64,000 nucleotides of DNA. Source: Vitrella brassicaformis CCMP3155 (taxonomy: Eukaryota; Protista; Chromerida). The notes under the pieces were generated by a model. It was given only the letters and a program-made list of their open reading frames with translations. It did not search any database and was not told the DNA's origin. Both the position numbers and the translations under genes were made by a program. How positions within the stretch are numbered: the stretch's first letter is position 1; every line of letters begins with the position of its first letter. The stretch covers positions 248,001 through 312,000 of the forward strand of contig CDMY01000347.1 in assembly GCA_001179505.1 (NCBI GenBank), in the 5' to 3' direction. Below, piece after piece: positions 59,059 to 64,000 of the stretch.

Positions 59059-61592
59059 TCAGGTTTGCATGTCGTCGTCCCCCTGGTCGCCCGTCGGTGT
59101 GGTGTGTCTGGAGCCCCGCCGCTTGCGGGTATTCCTGAACTCGTTCTCGGTCATGGTGATGGCGCGGTAGGGCGACGGCGCGTACTCATCCTCATCCGCA
59201 GCTGACATATCAACACAGTACAGTATGGTGTGGTGTGCCAATCATCGGTGTGTGTGTGTGTCAAGCAAGGGTGACTGCTGTGGGTGGTGACTGACCTTCC
59301 ATCTTGATAGCGAACTGGTGTGTGTTGGTCTCCCTGCGGCCGTGTGAGCGCGCGCTGGCCCGTGCGCTCGCCAGGCCCTCAGCCACCACTTGCGGCATCG
59401 TCCCCGGCGGCCACAAAGACGACACCTGCACCACACACGGACCATGCGAAATCCCTCCCTCCGCCCTCCCCTCCCTCGTGCCGTCTCGCTCACCAGGTGT
59501 TCGAACGACAAGGCGGGCATATCGAGTTGGCTGGTGAGTTTGTTGCGCCCCTGGAGAGCGTCGCGGAGGGCCACGAGAAGCGAGATGAGTGTGGGGTCTG
59601 CGCTGAAGGAGCCGCCGTCGTAGCGCTTCTTCTTGGCCTCGAGCTCGACGCGGAAGCGGTGGTACTTGCCGTCCCACTTGATGCCCACCCCGCCCTTGGG
59701 GCCGGTGGTGCCACGCTGGCGCAGACGCAGCAGCAAAGACTTGGCCACGCGGAAACGGTCGTCCTCTGGAATGGTGCAAAACGGGTCCGGCACTGAGGGA
59801 GAACGACACACAAGGGTGCAGGCAGACAGAGGGTGTGGTGTGTTGTTGCCGCTGCTGGTGGGGTGGGGTGTTTGGTGCGGTGGGGTCGAGGTATTTCTTG
59901 CGCACGCACCGTATTCTAGGCAGGTGTCTGCGTCGAATCCCGCGCCGTTGGTCATCTGGCTCTGGTGCTTGAGAGCCTGCTCGAAGGCCTTCTTGACACC
60001 CGCCTCGGTCTGCTCCGCCACGCGCACCGTCTTCTGCATCTTCTTGGCACCAACCATCGTCACCAACTGACACGGCACACAGAGATGATGCATCAGATGC
60101 ATGTGTGTGGTGGGTGATATGGGTGTGTGTGTGTGACCGACCTTGAAGGCGAGTTCGCTCTGCTTGAACCGGATGGAGTGCCTGACGCGGCTGTTGGTGG
60201 TGGTGGTCTCGGCCTCCAGGTCCACCTCGTTCAACGCCCGCTGCGAGGGCGGCAGCTTGGCGATCAAATCAGCAGCCACCGTAGCCAGACGAGCAGACAC
60301 AACCGGATCTACACACACACACACACACACATACAGAGGAATGGTTGATGCTCCCCCCTGGCTGCTCCTCGTCTGGTGTTGGGCTTACCGATAGCCATCT
60401 CATCGCCAAAAGGCAACAGCGCCCCCTCCCGCCCCTCCCCATTATCACCATACCCCCGCCCCATCAGCCACCCCAGTCCCATGCCCATGCCCATCCCCAT
60501 GGCGTCATCCTGCTCCTCACAGTCCTCCCCGTTCTCACGCTTGACGCGCGCGCGCTTGCTGGCCTTGGGGCTCCACCCGTACAGAGGAGGGGCCAGGGGC
60601 AGGGGGGGCGGCGGGATGTGGCCCATCCCCATGGCAGACTGCTGGTGGGAGGACGCCGCGGCTGCTGCTGCCGCTGCCGCCTGGACGGCCCCGGGGTAGG
60701 CGTAGGCGTAGGCGTAGCTGAGGGCACTGAGTCCGTTGAGGTTCTTGGCGGCAAGTTCGGTGATGGGGTCTTCCTCCTTGTCAATGGTGTGCTCCTTGCC
60801 GGCCTCCTTCTGCAGCTCGGCGATGGCGCGCTTCAGCCGAGGGATCTCCAGACAGACCTGCTGCAGCACACGCACCTCGCCCTGCAGCTCCATCAGCAGC
60901 AAGTCGCGATCCGATATCTTGGAGGATGAGGCCGCCTCAGCGCTTCGCTTGCGACCATTGCCCTGTCCCTGCTGGCCCTGCTGGCCCTGCTGACCCTGCT
61001 GCTGCTGCTGGTTGGCTGAAGCAGAGGGTTGGATGTAGGGGTACGATGCGCGACTACGTGATTCTGAGTCGGCGCCACTGGCAGCAGCCGCCGCAGCAGC
61101 AGCGTTGGGCGACCCGTTGCCGCTGTCCTGCTCTAGCGATGAGAACCCCACCCGGCCGTTCTTGTCCTCGCCCATCCCGCCACTCCCTCCCCCTCCCCCG
61201 CCACCCTGGCGCTTCTTGTCATTGCCATTCCCATTCCCCCCAGCTCCTCCCTGCCTCTGCTTGGCCGCCTTGTCGTTGGCGAGTGTATCGGTTGGCTGGG
61301 GGGGTGAGGTGGAGTGGAAGTGGAAGCGCGGGTCGATCCCGGCAGCGAGCGATGAGGGGCGGAGGTTGCCGGCCGACATGGGCGACTCGCTCCCCTCGTC
61401 GTACTCACAGTCGGCCGTGAAGGGGAGGCCCTTCTGGGTGCCGGTGAGCTTGTCCTGGTCTGTGAGGGGGTGGTTGGGTGCGGTTTTGGACGGGGAGGGC
61501 GAGGAGGGGATGTCGGACAGGTTGCGGTAGCCGGAGGGGGCCCCGGGGTAGGTGTGCGTGGTGGACGCGCCTGCAGGACTGCCCGATGCCAT
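59059..61592 (-). CDS. ApiAP2-type transcription factor with AP2 domain(s), coiled coil and low-complexity N-terminus
   Basis: GVGIKWDGKYHRFRVELEAKKKRYDGGSFS..LLVALRDALQGRN follows the AP2 three-strand plus helix pattern. Coiled coil ELQGEVRVLQQVCLEIPRLKRAIAELQKE. Last exon ends GDDDMQT*. Confidence 0.7.
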
Positions 61593-62234
61593 TTTTCTGA
61601 CACACACCACGCACCACAGCACCACAGACAGAACACAGCGAGAGGACGGCTCGCATGCGGCACTGCGGCAGGAGTGCAGTCTTGGCCGCGTGTGTGTGAG
61701 CCCTGACCTTCAGACTTGCTCTATGTGGTCTCGAACGGTGACGCTAGATGCTCCAAGACAGCCGCACGAGCTACGCCGATTGCCTAGCAGGACAGCAGGG
61801 CCACCACACAGACATGTCTCAGCTGAGATGTGCCCGCTACTCATCGGCGAAGGCAGCGAGTGTCGCCCCCTCACCTGATTCGACGTGGAGCGGTGTTTCC
61901 ACCAAGCCAGTAGCTACAGCCTTGCCAAAGGGTAAAGCAGAGTGGTCCACAGGTGCGATTTGGCCACCCTCAGAGGACCACAGACGCGATGACGTCTCGA
62001 GGAGAGGTGCCGAGGGTGGTCAGGTGGAGGGCGTCACGGCTTCAGCTTCTAAAAGCATCAGTAATCCACTCTTCAAGGTCCCTCACCCCTGGCCGTCCAG
62101 ACTGCCAAATCCAGCTGAGCCGCAGCAAAGCTCGCCAACGATGGCGTTTCACGGTAGCGGCCGAGAAAAAGGCGAGCCGATGGGTGGCGGAGATGCAGTT
62201 GAGGGCTCCACTGAAGGCTGAGTACGACCACAAG

Positions 62235-64000
62235 ATGCAGGGCCAGAACCCACCGCCTGACCAGGTGCGCCATGCCTTCACGCCACCAAGGACAGACACA
62301 AAGGGCGCCGATCAGATCAGACAGAGGGAGGGAGGGCTGGAACGGGAGAAGCAGCACTGGAAGCATGCCTGAAGAACGCTGCGGAGAGGGAGGAGAATCG
62401 TGCTGCGTTGTGTGGTTGTGGTTGCGGTTGTGTGTGGTGCACCGCAGGCGTGGGATGAGCATTCGAGGGCGACGGCGCTCTCGCAGCTCAAGAGGCTGGA
62501 CAAGAACGTCAGCGGCATCGTCGCTATGGTGCGTACGCCAGACACAGAAGGAAGCAACGAGGGAGGGAGGGAGGGAGGAGGATGCCGTGGCACTCAGTCA
62601 CCCACTCAAACCATCGTGTCACGCTTCTTCGTGTGCGTGTGGGTATGGGTGTTCCATTTACTCATCAGGCTTCCTATGTGTCAGTGTACCGGCTCAACAC
62701 CGCAAACAACTGGGAAAGGTGCGACCGTCAGCCAGCTGAAGGGTTGGGCGGTCTGGCGCTGACACCACGTGCCTCTGTTGGCTGTTGGTTGGTCAGAGCG
62801 GAGATCGAGGGGACGATCTTCATTGTCAACTGCAAGGGGGAGCCGAGGTAATGCGTGTCACACACCGACACTCGTTGCGTGTCTGTCCATTGATCGCCCC
62901 ATCTTTGACCTCTGCGTGTGTGTCCCTCCATGCCATGTATGTACTTGTGGTCTGTCTGGTCTGTCTGGTCAGGCACAAGGTGGTGGTTCTCAACCAGAAG
63001 AGCCTCGACAACCTCAGCGAGGCCATCACTAACAGCTGGGAAATGAACACCCAACAGAACTACATCTTCTGGCGGGACGAGGCCATCCCGCAGCAGGTGG
63101 GTTCGGTTGGTACCCACCGCCAAGCAAAGCAAGACAAGACGCCACCCCATCCCCTCACACCGCCATTCTCTCTCTCTTCCCTCCCTGCCGTGTGGGTATG
63201 TTATGTGTTATTACTGTCAGCAACGTCGCGTCTTCGGCATTTGGTTCTTCCACGACGAGGAGCGGCGGCGCATCCACGACGTCCTCCAACGGATCATCAG
63301 CGACCGGACCAAGCCAGAGCCGGAGCCGCACCCCAAGACGGCCGACCTGCCCGACCTCCCCTCCAACATGGAGCGTGTCAACCTCAGGGACATGTCAACC
63401 GTCCCCCCAGGACTCCCACTCACCAACGCCAGCGCCCCAGTGGTGCAGCAGCAGCAGCAGCAGGCCAACGGCGAGGCGCCCCAGCCCAGCGACCCACAGA
63501 GAGCGGGGAAGGAGATTTTGAATCTGCTCGGCATTGGGGGCGGCGGAGGGGGCGAAGAGAACAAGCAAGACGAGACCACTGGTGGGGCCCCGGCAGCGGC
63601 GGCGGCTGCAGCAGCAGCTGCTCCTGCAGCTGCTGTTCCCGCCACGCCAGCTGCGGGGACCAATCCCAGGAATCTCATCTTCGGGCTGCTCGGCATGGTG
63701 GGCGAGTCACCTATCTACCCTACACCATCTTCACTTCAGACAGACATTCACCCACACCTGTCTGTATCTGTTGCGTTCGTTGCATGTGTCTGTCTGTCAG
63801 AACACCGGAGGTCAGCAGTCGCCCTTCCAGCCGCAGACTCCCGGCGACCCCGAGCCATCGCCCGAGCAGCCGCCTCCACACGAAGGCGGCACCCTGCCCG
63901 GCCGACCGCTGCCCTTCTCGCGAGACAAGTCCAGACGCCCCGAGGAGCTGCAGCCGTCGGATGGCGGCCCGCTGCGGGACATCATGTCGATGATGCACCC
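62235..64000 (+). CDS. DCP1: mRNA decapping activator DCP1 (EVH1 domain), 3' end outside the window
   Basis: ATALSQLKRLDKNVSGIVAM|ASYVSVYRL..NWER..|AEIEGTIFIV..|HKVVVLNQKSLDNLSEAI..NYIFWR..|RVFGIWFFHDEERRRIHDVLQRI matches the DCP1 EVH1 pattern. Confidence 0.88.

Noticed and set aside
7259-64000. LSM14 and DCP1 (both P-body factors) in one window as a functional cluster
   Set aside because: They are 55 kb apart with many unrelated genes between them; this is consistent with chance.
1-64000. CRISPR arrays, tRNA/rRNA genes, prokaryotic operons or defence systems
   Set aside because: None were seen; the periodic sequences are simple eukaryotic microsatellites, and the genes are spliceosomal-intron-rich.

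Overview
This is eukaryotic, intron-rich nuclear DNA of about 60% GC. Short GT-AG introns are packed with (GT)n, (GTCT)n and (GATG)n microsatellites, and there are four 300-N scaffold gaps. Gene content (ApiAP2 factor, Rab5b-type GTPase, plastid CCB4 with a bipartite-like leader) points to a photosynthetic alveolate, most likely a chromerid such as Vitrella; this is inference. The supplied ORF track is mostly exon fragments and shadow ORFs, so I rebuilt genes by hand from splice-site phase. About 21 genes are supported: Rab5b, a small SIM-bearing protein, WDR31-like, a GT92 glycosyltransferase, LSM14, a class V PLP lyase, Pop5/Rpp14, an F-box-like/TPR protein, a large CH/ARM protein, CCB4, an inverted pair of EF-hand/TM paralogs, a CCHC knuckle protein, an HMG-box protein, RAD16-like, mL40-like, a two-TM DEG/ENaC-like protein, ApiAP2, DCP1 and several hypothetical proteins. 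The strongest novelty candidate is the divergent paralog pair at 27.6-30.9 kb. Each copy has an EF-hand, a TM helix, an acidic spacer, RRLQ and a highly conserved C-terminal peptide ending in a Cys pair, which resembles a processed-peptide precursor. The pair also shares a perfect 167-bp inverted repeat and shows reciprocal intron presence/absence. No prokaryotic features, CRISPR arrays, tRNAs or rRNAs were recognised.
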